From: Spirochaetia bacterium
GTDB taxonomy: Bacteria > Spirochaetota > Spirochaetia > CAKZLE01
Reading direction: 5' to 3'
DNA: 64,000 nucleotides
Assembly: GCA_963677595.1 (NCBI GenBank)
Contig: OY782041.1
Coordinates: 4,192,001-4,256,000, forward strand
The notes below the pieces were generated by a model that was given only the letters and a program-made list of their open reading frames with translations, ran no database searches and was not told the DNA's origin. Below are positions 50,950 to 58,893 of this stretch, piece by piece. Position 1 is the first letter of the stretch, and each line of letters begins with the position of its first letter. Position numbers and translations under genes: made by a program.

Positions 50950-50966
50950 CTGTGAATATGCGGTTC

Positions 50967-52658
50967 TTATCGGTTGCTGTACCAGGCGTTGACTTCCTCG
51001 GTTATCTTGTCCAGGCCGAGGGTGTTCAGTTCCTGAACGAAACTGCCGAACGTATCGATGGACGCGACCCCGATGATCACCTTGGTGAAATACTCGATCT
51101 CCTTGTCCTTGATGATCTGCAGCCGTTTCTTCATGGTGTCGGTGGGAGCTCCGAAGAACTGGTCCATCTCGAACAGGTCATTGGCATAGTAGTAATCCAT
51201 GGTCGTGAAGGCTCCGCCCTCACCGAAGGTCTTGACCGATCCGGCCATGCCCAGGTCGCCCTCAAGGTAGCTGACGATGGAGTTGTAGTAGTTCAGTTCC
51301 TCTGCATTGAGGGCTGAGGTATCACCCTTGTCGAATGCATCAGAGACATGCCAGTAGGCCTCAAGGTTCTTCAGCGCATTGTAGGTCTTGAACATCGTAT
51401 CATGGAGGGCGAAACTCGGGATACCGGTGTCCGTGACCAGGTACTGGGCATACTCATCGACAGGGATGTAGGCGAACTTCTCGACGAAGAAGTTCAGCAG
51501 CTTGATCAGTGCCTCTGGGTGTTCAGCCTTGCTGCTGACCACATAGTAGTAGGGGATGTTCAGCTTGATCTGTGGTTTTCCAGGTGCTCCGGTAGCTGAG
51601 GGGATCGCAACAGGGGTCCAGTCTGCCTCGGGGTTGTTATCGATCGTGCTCTGGAGCGGCCACATGGCATTCCACATTGCACCGTACTGGATCCCAGCAC
51701 GTCCTGAAGCGGAAAGCTCTGAGACTTTCATGAGGTCCTTGACCGCGAAATCCTCCTCGATGAGACCTTGATCATAGAGTTTGTTCATGAAGCTGAGGGC
51801 ATCCTTGATCTGGGGCTGGACACTTCCATATACGAGGTTCCCATTGCTTCCCTTCACCCATGCACGGGGATACGCTCCGAACCCGTTGAACAGGCCGAGG
51901 CCGTCACCCGCATCCGACATACCCCGCTGTGTCAGGATATCCTTATGGAGGATCAACCCGAGGGTATCATCCTTGCCGTTGCCGTCCGGGTCATCGTCCC
52001 TGAAGGCGACCATCACGTCATAGAGCTCATCCATGGTCTCAGGTACTGCAAGACCGAGCTTTTTCAGCCAGTCATTCCTGATCCACAGGAAGGAAGAGGT
52101 ATCGATCGATGAGTCGGTGCTCGGGATAGCGATGATCTCCCCGTTGAAGGTAGCTGAATCCATAGCTGACGTACCTTCCTGGTACATCCACTCCTTCAGG
52201 TGGTCAGAAGCGTATTTCTCGAAGTACGCCCCCATGTTCTTGTTGATGAGGTCCGACCTGCTCAGGAGGGCAAGCTGTTCCTTGTTCACCATCATGATAT
52301 CGGGGATATCAGCGGAGGCAATGGCGATATTCTTCTTCTGCACACTGTCCTCATCCGACTGGGCTGCGAACCATGCGTATTCCAGGTTGATGCCCAACTC
52401 TTCAAGATACTTCTTCTGGAAGATGTTGTTCATGATTCTCTCTTTCGAGAAGAATTCAGCCAAAGGCGGCTCGATCTCAAAATAGGTTGTCACGGTTATT
52501 GCAGGATCATACGCAGCCATCGGGTCGGTGACTTCCTCGATCGGTGCAGGCTTCGCTGCCTCTTCCTGCTTACCTCCAGCTGTTATCGGGGACAATAGGA
52601 TCAGCAGCATCATAACTGCAGTTACCATGGTTATGGTTCTTTTCTTTGTAGCTCTCAC
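50967..52658 (-). CDS. extracellular solute-binding protein (LplA-like)
   Basis: Signal peptide, WIRNDWLKKLGL..P.T, DPDGNGKDDT. Confidence 0.92.
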   Translation of the reverse strand: MRATKKRTITMVTAVMMLLILLSPITAGGKQEEAAKPAPIEEVTDPMAAYDPAITVTTYFEIEPPLAEFFSKERIMNNIFQKKYLEELGINLEYAWFAAQSDEDSVQKKNIAIASADIPDIMMVNKEQLALLSRSDLINKNMGAYFEKYASDHLKEWMYQEGTSAMDSATFNGEIIAIPSTDSSIDTSSFLWIRNDWLKKLGLAVPETMDELYDVMVAFRDDDPDGNGKDDTLGLILHKDILTQRGMSDAGDGLGLFNGFGAYPRAWVKGSNGNLVYGSVQPQIKDALSFMNKLYDQGLIEEDFAVKDLMKVSELSASGRAGIQYGAMWNAMWPLQSTIDNNPEADWTPVAIPSATGAPGKPQIKLNIPYYYVVSSKAEHPEALIKLLNFFVEKFAYIPVDEYAQYLVTDTGIPSFALHDTMFKTYNALKNLEAYWHVSDAFDKGDTSALNAEELNYYNSIVSYLEGDLGMAGSVKTFGEGGAFTTMDYYYANDLFEMDQFFGAPTDTMKKRLQIIKDKEIEYFTKVIIGVASIDTFGSFVQELNTLGLDKITEEVNAWYSNR

Positions 52659-52731
52659 GTTAATTCTCCTTTTTCGTTTTGTATAGAAGTGATACTGTAT
52701 TGTAGGTCCTTATATTTCAGCTGGAAATTGA

Positions 52732-52765
52732 AAATTCTTGACAACGAAGTTCAAAAATTGACATC
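52732..52765 (-). promoter_or_regulatory. putative response-regulator site, copy 1
   Basis: AAATTCTTGACA-N8-CAAAAATTGACATC (+ strand), matching 56553..56586. Confidence 0.6.
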
Positions 52766-52850
52766 CGGAAGATCGCGCATGGACAGGTTATGTGGTTCCA
52801 TGCTTCAGTGATGATACGACGTAAGGGAATCATACCATGAGGGAAGAGAT

Positions 52851-53837
52851 ATGACGGTACCAGAACAGGTTGTTACAGGCTCCACCACCATCAGGGAGAT
52901 CATCGGGCATCCGGCATTCGCGGGCTGTGCAGACCTTCTTGGTCTCACGACAGGCGAGATATCCCCCGACTGGACATTGAACGACCTGTATGCAGGTCAA
53001 GGTGCATGCGCCTTTGCCGATATGCCGTACGGCTTGAACGCAGCGGCCCGGAGGGGGGCGGACCTTTTCACCCCGCTCCATACCCCGGGGCAGATCGCAG
53101 TTCATCCAGACAAGGGTCGCTCCGGTCTGTTCTTCTTCCCCTCGGGAAGGGAGGGTGCCCCATTCTCACTGGTCGTACCCGGCGGCGCCTACGCCATGGT
53201 CGCTGCTGCCATCGAGGGCTTCCCCACAGCTGCCAGGCTCAATGACCTCGGGATCAATGCCTTCGTCCTCTCCTACCGCACCATATATCCCCCTGCAGAC
53301 GGTGTCTTCCCCCAGGCCCTGGAGGATCTCCAGGCTGCCCTTCACTATATCATCAGCCATGCCGGGGAGTACGGGATACGTGCTGACGAGTATGCGGTGA
53401 TCGGGTTCTCTGCCGGAGGGCATCTTACCTCCATGCTCGCTACCGACACCTTCGGGTACCAGTGCGCCGGCCTGCCGAAGCCCGGGCTGCTCTCACTCGT
53501 GTACCCAGTCGTCGAGTTCAGCTCGGCAGGAGAAGCCATCCGTCTTTGCAGGGATTGCGCATTCGGGATCGATGCCCCGGAAAAGCATATGGAACTCGCG
53601 TATGCGCCGCAGCACCTCCATGCAGGATCTCCCCCGGTCTTCCTCGTCCACGGGAAGGATGACGATACCGTCCCCTTCGAGGTGAGCTCACCGATACTGC
53701 AGCAGGCGGCTGATGCGGCCGGCGTCCCCTGCAGGCTGCTGACCTTTGGGCACTTTCCCCATGGGGCAGGCATCGGGGCAGGACTGGAAGCCGGGATCTG
53801 GCTTGAGGAGATGGTCAGGTTCTGGGGTTCACGGTAG
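52851..53837 (+). CDS. alpha/beta hydrolase (carbohydrate esterase-like)
   Basis: VPGGAY, GFSAGGHL, HGKDD, PHG. Confidence 0.88.
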   Translation: MTVPEQVVTGSTTIREIIGHPAFAGCADLLGLTTGEISPDWTLNDLYAGQGACAFADMPYGLNAAARRGADLFTPLHTPGQIAVHPDKGRSGLFFFPSGREGAPFSLVVPGGAYAMVAAAIEGFPTAARLNDLGINAFVLSYRTIYPPADGVFPQALEDLQAALHYIISHAGEYGIRADEYAVIGFSAGGHLTSMLATDTFGYQCAGLPKPGLLSLVYPVVEFSSAGEAIRLCRDCAFGIDAPEKHMELAYAPQHLHAGSPPVFLVHGKDDDTVPFEVSSPILQQAADAAGVPCRLLTFGHFPHGAGIGAGLEAGIWLEEMVRFWGSR

Positions 53838-55532
53838 CGGGACGTCTTTATCGAGGGTCAGCGTGACTTTGACCCCGCCGAGCTCACTCCGTGTCACGGA
53901 GACACCACATCGGCTGCCGTAGGCTAGCCTGAGCCGCTTATGGATATTATGCAGTGCATGGTTGCCTCCATCGGAGTTGTCCCTGAGGTTTCGTTTCATA
54001 GATTCGATCAGGTCATCACCGGCAGCCGACCCGTTGTCTTCCACAGAGATCTCTACCCGTGCTTGTTCAAGTGTATAGCTGATCCTGATCAGCCCCCCTT
54101 CCAGCGTGTCAGCCAAGCCGTAGGAGTAGGCATTCTCGATCAGCGGCTGCAGGATGAGTTTCGGTACAAATACGGTCCTGATCCCTTCAGGCAGCACCTC
54201 CTGTTCTACCGTGATCTTCTCGCCGAACCGCATCTGCTGGATGTCGACGTAGTTGGTCATATGCTCTACCTCTTCGGCAAGCGTGATGAAATGGCTGGTC
54301 TCCTTGTTGATGAACCGGTAATACTTGGCCAGTGATGTCACGAACTTCGTGATCAGCTCATAGGACTCATTCTTGGCCATCCGGTTTATGATGAAGAAAC
54401 TATTGTAGAGGAAATGGGGGTTGATCTGGGACTGCAGCTGGGCCAGCTCAGCATTCTGGAGCAGGTTCTCCTGCTCATAGATATCGGCGATCAGTTTCTC
54501 GATATATGCGACGCTGCTATTGAACCCGCGATAGAGGTAGTTGAACTCATCATGGGGTTCATGGTAGATACGGACATCGAAATCCCCTCCCTGGATCCGG
54601 TCAAACGCATGCATCAGCTCCCGCAGGGGTTTTACGACGATGAATTTCGTATAGACAAGGGAACCCGCGTAGAGGGCAGTTAAGACGAGCATGACTACCG
54701 TCAGCATGATCAGGTACCGCAGCCGAATCTCCCTGATGACCTGCCTGTCTATGAATACCACTACAGAGAGCGGGTATTTCTCGCTGTCAGCGGAGACGAA
54801 CTGGTAATCGTCCCGAATATCGCCCCCAATCCCTTGATCTGCGTAATACTGCTTCACTACTGCATCCGCATCGTCCTCAACCAGGATCTCCTCCTCCAGG
54901 GAGAACCGGATAGCCCCCCCGCTGCCCCGTTCGTCATTGAAGGTGCCGAGCGATTCTCGCAGCAGGTCCTCTGACAGCAGGATCTGGATGTTGAAATCCG
55001 GGATGTAATCATCACTGACTGAAGACTGGAGAGGGAAAGAGAAGTTCATGACGACCTTTCCGTCCGTGGTCTGCAGATAGTCATAGGCAGTCGAACCTCC
55101 CTCTGCAGACCAGGACCGGTCCGGATCCTTCTCATACCCGCCTGCTGCAGAGAGCGATATCTGCTGGGAAGGATAGGTGATCACGATATCCTCGATCAGC
55201 GGGCTCATCGCCTGGATTCCTTCTATATCACTGAGCAGGTTGAGGATGATCTGTGACTTCTCATAGGCGTCCGTATAGATATAGTAGGCCAGTTTGGTCA
55301 CATTGGCGGAATTGGCCAAGTTCACCTCATGTCTGTAGATGGTATCGAACTGCTCTTCCAGGTTCCCAAGGAATGATGAGGCTTGGATCCGCTTGGAGCT
55401 GACAAGCTCCTCCGTCGTCTGGTTGATATAGTTCTGGAACAATCCCACAAGGACCAGGTAGATCAGTACTACCAATAGTGAATAGATGACAAAGAGCCGT
55501 TTGAAGACGCTGAAGTTCCCGTTCCTGTGCAT
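53829..55532 (-). CDS. YesM-type sensor histidine kinase
   Basis: LQSQINPHFLYN, LQPLIENA, VEDNG; HAMP domain; two TM helices. Confidence 0.93.
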   Translation of the reverse strand: MHRNGNFSVFKRLFVIYSLLVVLIYLVLVGLFQNYINQTTEELVSSKRIQASSFLGNLEEQFDTIYRHEVNLANSANVTKLAYYIYTDAYEKSQIILNLLSDIEGIQAMSPLIEDIVITYPSQQISLSAAGGYEKDPDRSWSAEGGSTAYDYLQTTDGKVVMNFSFPLQSSVSDDYIPDFNIQILLSEDLLRESLGTFNDERGSGGAIRFSLEEEILVEDDADAVVKQYYADQGIGGDIRDDYQFVSADSEKYPLSVVVFIDRQVIREIRLRYLIMLTVVMLVLTALYAGSLVYTKFIVVKPLRELMHAFDRIQGGDFDVRIYHEPHDEFNYLYRGFNSSVAYIEKLIADIYEQENLLQNAELAQLQSQINPHFLYNSFFIINRMAKNESYELITKFVTSLAKYYRFINKETSHFITLAEEVEHMTNYVDIQQMRFGEKITVEQEVLPEGIRTVFVPKLILQPLIENAYSYGLADTLEGGLIRISYTLEQARVEISVEDNGSAAGDDLIESMKRNLRDNSDGGNHALHNIHKRLRLAYGSRCGVSVTRSELGGVKVTLTLDKDVPLP

Positions 55533-55541
55533 ATGAATTCA

Positions 55542-56447
55542 TTATAGTACAGAATCTGTGAAAAAGAACCCTATTTCATCAATCGCCTGGGTTGTCTCCG
55601 GGCTGTGGAAGAGCGGGAAGACATGAAACAGTCCTTCCCAGATACGCCAGGAGACATCCACACCGGCGTTCGTGCACTTCTCGAAGATCAGCCGGGCATC
55701 ATCGAAGAGGACCTCCTCACTCCCGACATGGATCGCCAATCTGGGGAAACCCGTGAAATCACCATAGCCAGGAGATACGAACGGGCTCGAGAAATCTGCG
55801 TTCCGGTAATAGGGGACGACCGGCTCATAGCTGATCATGGGATCCCTCTCATCCCGCTCTGAATGGGACGGCAGCTCCAGCTCCTGTCCGGCGACCGGGG
55901 AGAAGACCAGCGCCTTCCCTGGCAGTGGTTCCCCCTTGTCCTTCAGGTACAGGATCATTGTCAGAGTCAGCATGGCCCCTGCGGACTCTCCGAACACATA
56001 GACCTCAGATGGGGCATACCCCTTCCCCAATAGCCAGTGATAGGCTGCGACACAATCATTCAGGGCCTGGGGGTGCTCGGCCTCAGGCCATTGTCCGTAC
56101 TCGACGGACAGGGCATCTATCCGTGCCTGCCCCATGATATCATGGCAGAGCCTGCGCCTTGAGAGGACCGAACCGTTCATGAATCCCCCGCCGTGGAGGA
56201 ACAGGAGCACCTTGCCCTGGAGCTTCTGAGGGTCACTCGGATCATAGGTATAGAACTCCCCGGTGAGGTCATCCGTCTCTACTCGTTCAGTGTTCACCAC
56301 CCACTCACCGGGAGGCAGGCTCCCCAGGATCCCGTCGATGTGGTGCCTGTCCTCGAGGGCCCGTTCAGGGGTCATAACAACACCTTTTGACTTTATCTTC
56401 TCGGCCCGCAGTATATCGATTGCTTCCTGGATCTCTTTGCTTACCAT
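55542..56447 (-). CDS. alpha/beta hydrolase (HSL/Aes-like esterase)
   Basis: HGGGF, GESAG, EVLFDD, FHVF. Confidence 0.9.
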   Translation of the reverse strand: MVSKEIQEAIDILRAEKIKSKGVVMTPERALEDRHHIDGILGSLPPGEWVVNTERVETDDLTGEFYTYDPSDPQKLQGKVLLFLHGGGFMNGSVLSRRRLCHDIMGQARIDALSVEYGQWPEAEHPQALNDCVAAYHWLLGKGYAPSEVYVFGESAGAMLTLTMILYLKDKGEPLPGKALVFSPVAGQELELPSHSERDERDPMISYEPVVPYYRNADFSSPFVSPGYGDFTGFPRLAIHVGSEEVLFDDARLIFEKCTNAGVDVSWRIWEGLFHVFPLFHSPETTQAIDEIGFFFTDSVL

Positions 56448-56552
56448 CGTTATAACCTCTCAGCTGTTCCCGACCTGCATAATACGGCAGCGAGGCAGGA
56501 CAAGGAGTCGTATATGTTCACTCTAAAAGCAAAAGGATCTGGTGCATACGGT

Positions 56553-56586
56553 AAATTATTGACATTTGTGACCAAAAGTTGATATC
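56553..56586 (-). promoter_or_regulatory. putative response-regulator site, copy 2
   Basis: AAATTATTGACA-N8-CAAAAGTTGATATC (+ strand). Confidence 0.6.
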
Positions 56587-56692
56587 GATAGAATCCAGCA
56601 GACCGGTTCACTAGGGGTTGGGCAAGACAGGTTTATCGGGAAAAGAATAACGGGAGTGCTTTGTTTCAATCAGCATGGCCTGCATGAATCCT

Positions 56693-58030
56693 TCAACCGA
56701 GCAGTTCAGGAAGGAATCCTGCATAATAAAGAGGTATGCGTGCGATACGTTCACCGGGATCTGCATGCAGGGAATTCCCCGAGATGATCACCGCCCTGCC
56801 TGGGGCATATTTCTGGATATACTGCTTCAGGCTCTTAGCCTTGACCCTCCTACCGGACTTCACCTCGACGGGGATGATCGCCCCATGTCTATCCTGAAAC
56901 AGGAACTCGATCTCTGAATTCCTTTCCTTCCAGGAGACGGGCTTCATACCCGCCGCTATCAGCTCCTGAAGCACGAAGTTCTCAGCGAAGAACCCTTTCG
57001 CCATCCCGTAATCCTGCTTCAGGAGGGACGCAGGCGGCAGGTCAAGCATAGCACCCAGAATTCCTGTATCAGCAAGGAACAGCTTGAACATATTATAGGA
57101 AGTGAATGCTTCAAAGGGCATCTCAGACCGTTCCACCAGGCTGACCTTATGGATGAGGGCGGCACGTGTCAGCCAGTGGATAGGCCCTTCCAATGCCGCA
57201 AATCCCTTCTTCCCCGGAATAACGTCCTTGAAACGGTATCGCCTTGTTGAGAGGTCCTGGACTTCAGCAAGCTGGTTAGGGATACTGTGGAAGACTGAGG
57301 TGATATGAATCGAGTTCAGTTTACCTGCATGTTTGGCGACATCACTCTCATACATGGTGATCAGGTCAGTGAGTACCGACCTGACACTCTCCAGGCCTTG
57401 CTGGTTGATTTCCTGTCCCAGTTCCAGATAGCGATTGACTGCAGCAGGCATCCCGCCGGTCACATAGTAGTGATAGAGCTTATCCAACAGCAGGTCATGT
57501 GCAACTGACGGGACCTCCCGTGTCTCTAAGCCTTGATAGAATGCCTCGATGAGAGGGGCATTCCCATCTGTCCAGAGGAACTCCTCGAACGACAGCGGAT
57601 ACAGATTGAGAAAGTTCACCTTCCCTACAGGAAAGGATCCCTCCCCGGTCTGGATTCCCAATAATGAGCCGGCACAGCAGATATGGAGGATGGGCAGTTT
57701 CTCACAGAAATATTTCAGGCTGGTCAGAGCTCTCGGGCACTCCTGGATCTCATCGAAGATGACGAGGTCTTCCTCAATATTGATTGATCGCCCCTGCAGC
57801 AGCGAGAGTTCACTGATGATCCTGGCTGGCACAAGATCCTGGTTGAAGATGGTATGGATACTGCCGCCCTCCTCAAAGTTGAAATAGTGGCAAGCAGGAA
57901 ACCGGGTTTCCCCGAAATGTTTGAGGATATAGGTCTTTCCCGTCTGTCTCAGGCCCTTGAGGATAAGCGGTTTCCGGTTGGGGTCGTCCTTCCAGTGTAT
58001 GAGGTTATCAAGCACCTTCCGTTTCATCAT
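56693..58030 (-). CDS. AAA+ ATPase with DUF4143 / PD-(D/E)xK-like domain (COG1373 type)
   Basis: GLRQTGKT, IFDEIQ, AGSLLG, TGGMP, LADTGIL, EIEF...PVEVKSG. Confidence 0.9.
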   Translation of the reverse strand: MMKRKVLDNLIHWKDDPNRKPLILKGLRQTGKTYILKHFGETRFPACHYFNFEEGGSIHTIFNQDLVPARIISELSLLQGRSINIEEDLVIFDEIQECPRALTSLKYFCEKLPILHICCAGSLLGIQTGEGSFPVGKVNFLNLYPLSFEEFLWTDGNAPLIEAFYQGLETREVPSVAHDLLLDKLYHYYVTGGMPAAVNRYLELGQEINQQGLESVRSVLTDLITMYESDVAKHAGKLNSIHITSVFHSIPNQLAEVQDLSTRRYRFKDVIPGKKGFAALEGPIHWLTRAALIHKVSLVERSEMPFEAFTSYNMFKLFLADTGILGAMLDLPPASLLKQDYGMAKGFFAENFVLQELIAAGMKPVSWKERNSEIEFLFQDRHGAIIPVEVKSGRRVKAKSLKQYIQKYAPGRAVIISGNSLHADPGERIARIPLYYAGFLPELLG

Positions 58031-58108
58031 ATGTACAGCTTAGTGGAAGATGTGACTTTTTGCAACGAATAATTCCCAAATTATGGACTTTTTGCAATGA
58101 ATAATTCC
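58031..58108 (-). promoter_or_regulatory. two 32-bp-period repeats overlapping a leaderless promoter TTGCAA-17-TAAGCT-6-ATG
   Basis: GACTTTTTGCAA(C/T)GAATAATTCC at 58054 and 58086. Confidence 0.75.
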
Positions 58109-58127
58109 TGTTCATGGGATTCTGGGT

Positions 58128-58159
58128 AAAAAAAATCACAACACGGTGTGTGTTGTGAT
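58128..58159 (-). terminator. intrinsic terminator of the tRNA operon
   Basis: ATCACAACAC/GTGTTGTGAT stem followed by a T-tract on the minus strand. Confidence 0.75.
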
Positions 58160-58165
58160 AACTAG

Positions 58166-58237
58166 CATCTCCTAGGGGAATTGAACCCCTGTTGCCGGGA
58201 TGAAAACCCGATGTCCTAACCACTAGACGAAGGAGAC
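58166..58237 (-). tRNA. tRNA-Glu (TTC)
   Basis: GTCTCCTTCGTCTAGTGGTTAGGACATCGGGT-TTC-ATCCCGGCAACAGGGGTTCAATTCCCCTAGGAGATG cloverleaf; CCA not encoded. Confidence 0.95.
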
Positions 58238-58244
58238 ATAAACA

Positions 58245-58317
58245 TGAGCCGCACAGGGTTCGAACCTGTGACCCACGCCTTAAAAGGGCGTTGCTCTACC
58301 AGCTGAGCTAGCGGCCC
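58245..58317 (-). tRNA. tRNA-Lys (TTT)
   Basis: GGGCCGCTAGCTCAGCTGGTAGAGCAACGCCCT-TTT-AAGGCGTGGGTCACAGGTTCGAACCCTGTGCGGCTCA; CCA not encoded. Confidence 0.96.
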
Positions 58318-58331
58318 AAGCAACGGATAGG

Positions 58332-58360
58332 AATATAGCAATTAGACCGCTTTCTGTCAA
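58332..58360 (-). promoter_or_regulatory. tRNA operon promoter TTGACA-17-TATATT
   Basis: Near-consensus sigma70 hexamers. Confidence 0.75.
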
Positions 58361-58406
58361 CAGTTTTGCCGGTGAAAACGGAAATAAAAACCTACTCCCC
58401 TACCCC

Positions 58407-58862
58407 TTAGAGACGTGCCGCAGCGATCTCCTCCTGGACGAGGGAATCGCACAGCTCGTTGAGCTCGATACCGGCATGCCCTTTGACCCAGTGCCACCTC
58501 ACCGGGAGCTGGTCTGAGATCGATTTCAACTCGATCCAGAGCTCCTGGTTCTTGACCGGCTTCTTCGCGGCTGTCTTCCAGCCGTTGCGTATCCAGCCGT
58601 GGATCCAGGTCGTGATGCCGTTCTTCACATACTGTGAATCGGTATGCACATGGACTGCCCGTACTCCATGAGCATAGGCTGCTTTCACGTAGTGTAACGC
58701 CTCAATCACGGCAGTCAGTTCCATCTTGTTGTTCGTCGTCTCACGGTCATTCCCTGACCCGGTACTATGGCCCTCTTTCTCGTTCTGGACCACGTAGGCC
58801 CAGCCGCCGGGGCCGGGGTTCCCGGAGCATCCCCCGTCGGTATACAGTATGATATCTTCCAT
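58407..58862 (-). CDS. rnhA: ribonuclease HI
   Basis: YTDGGCSGNPGPGGW, TTNNKMEL, TDSQY, WVKGHAG, NELCD. Confidence 0.97.
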   Translation of the reverse strand: MEDIILYTDGGCSGNPGPGGWAYVVQNEKEGHSTGSGNDRETTNNKMELTAVIEALHYVKAAYAHGVRAVHVHTDSQYVKNGITTWIHGWIRNGWKTAAKKPVKNQELWIELKSISDQLPVRWHWVKGHAGIELNELCDSLVQEEIAAARL

Positions 58863-58893
58863 ACCGCGATCATACTGGTAACGACCCGTTCGG

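Noticed and set aside
58008-58223. 71-aa ORF
   Set aside because: Overlaps tRNA-Glu, its terminator and the ATPase promoter.
58163-58317. tRNAs lacking encoded CCA
   Set aside because: Common in bacteria that add CCA enzymatically; not evidence of pseudogenes.
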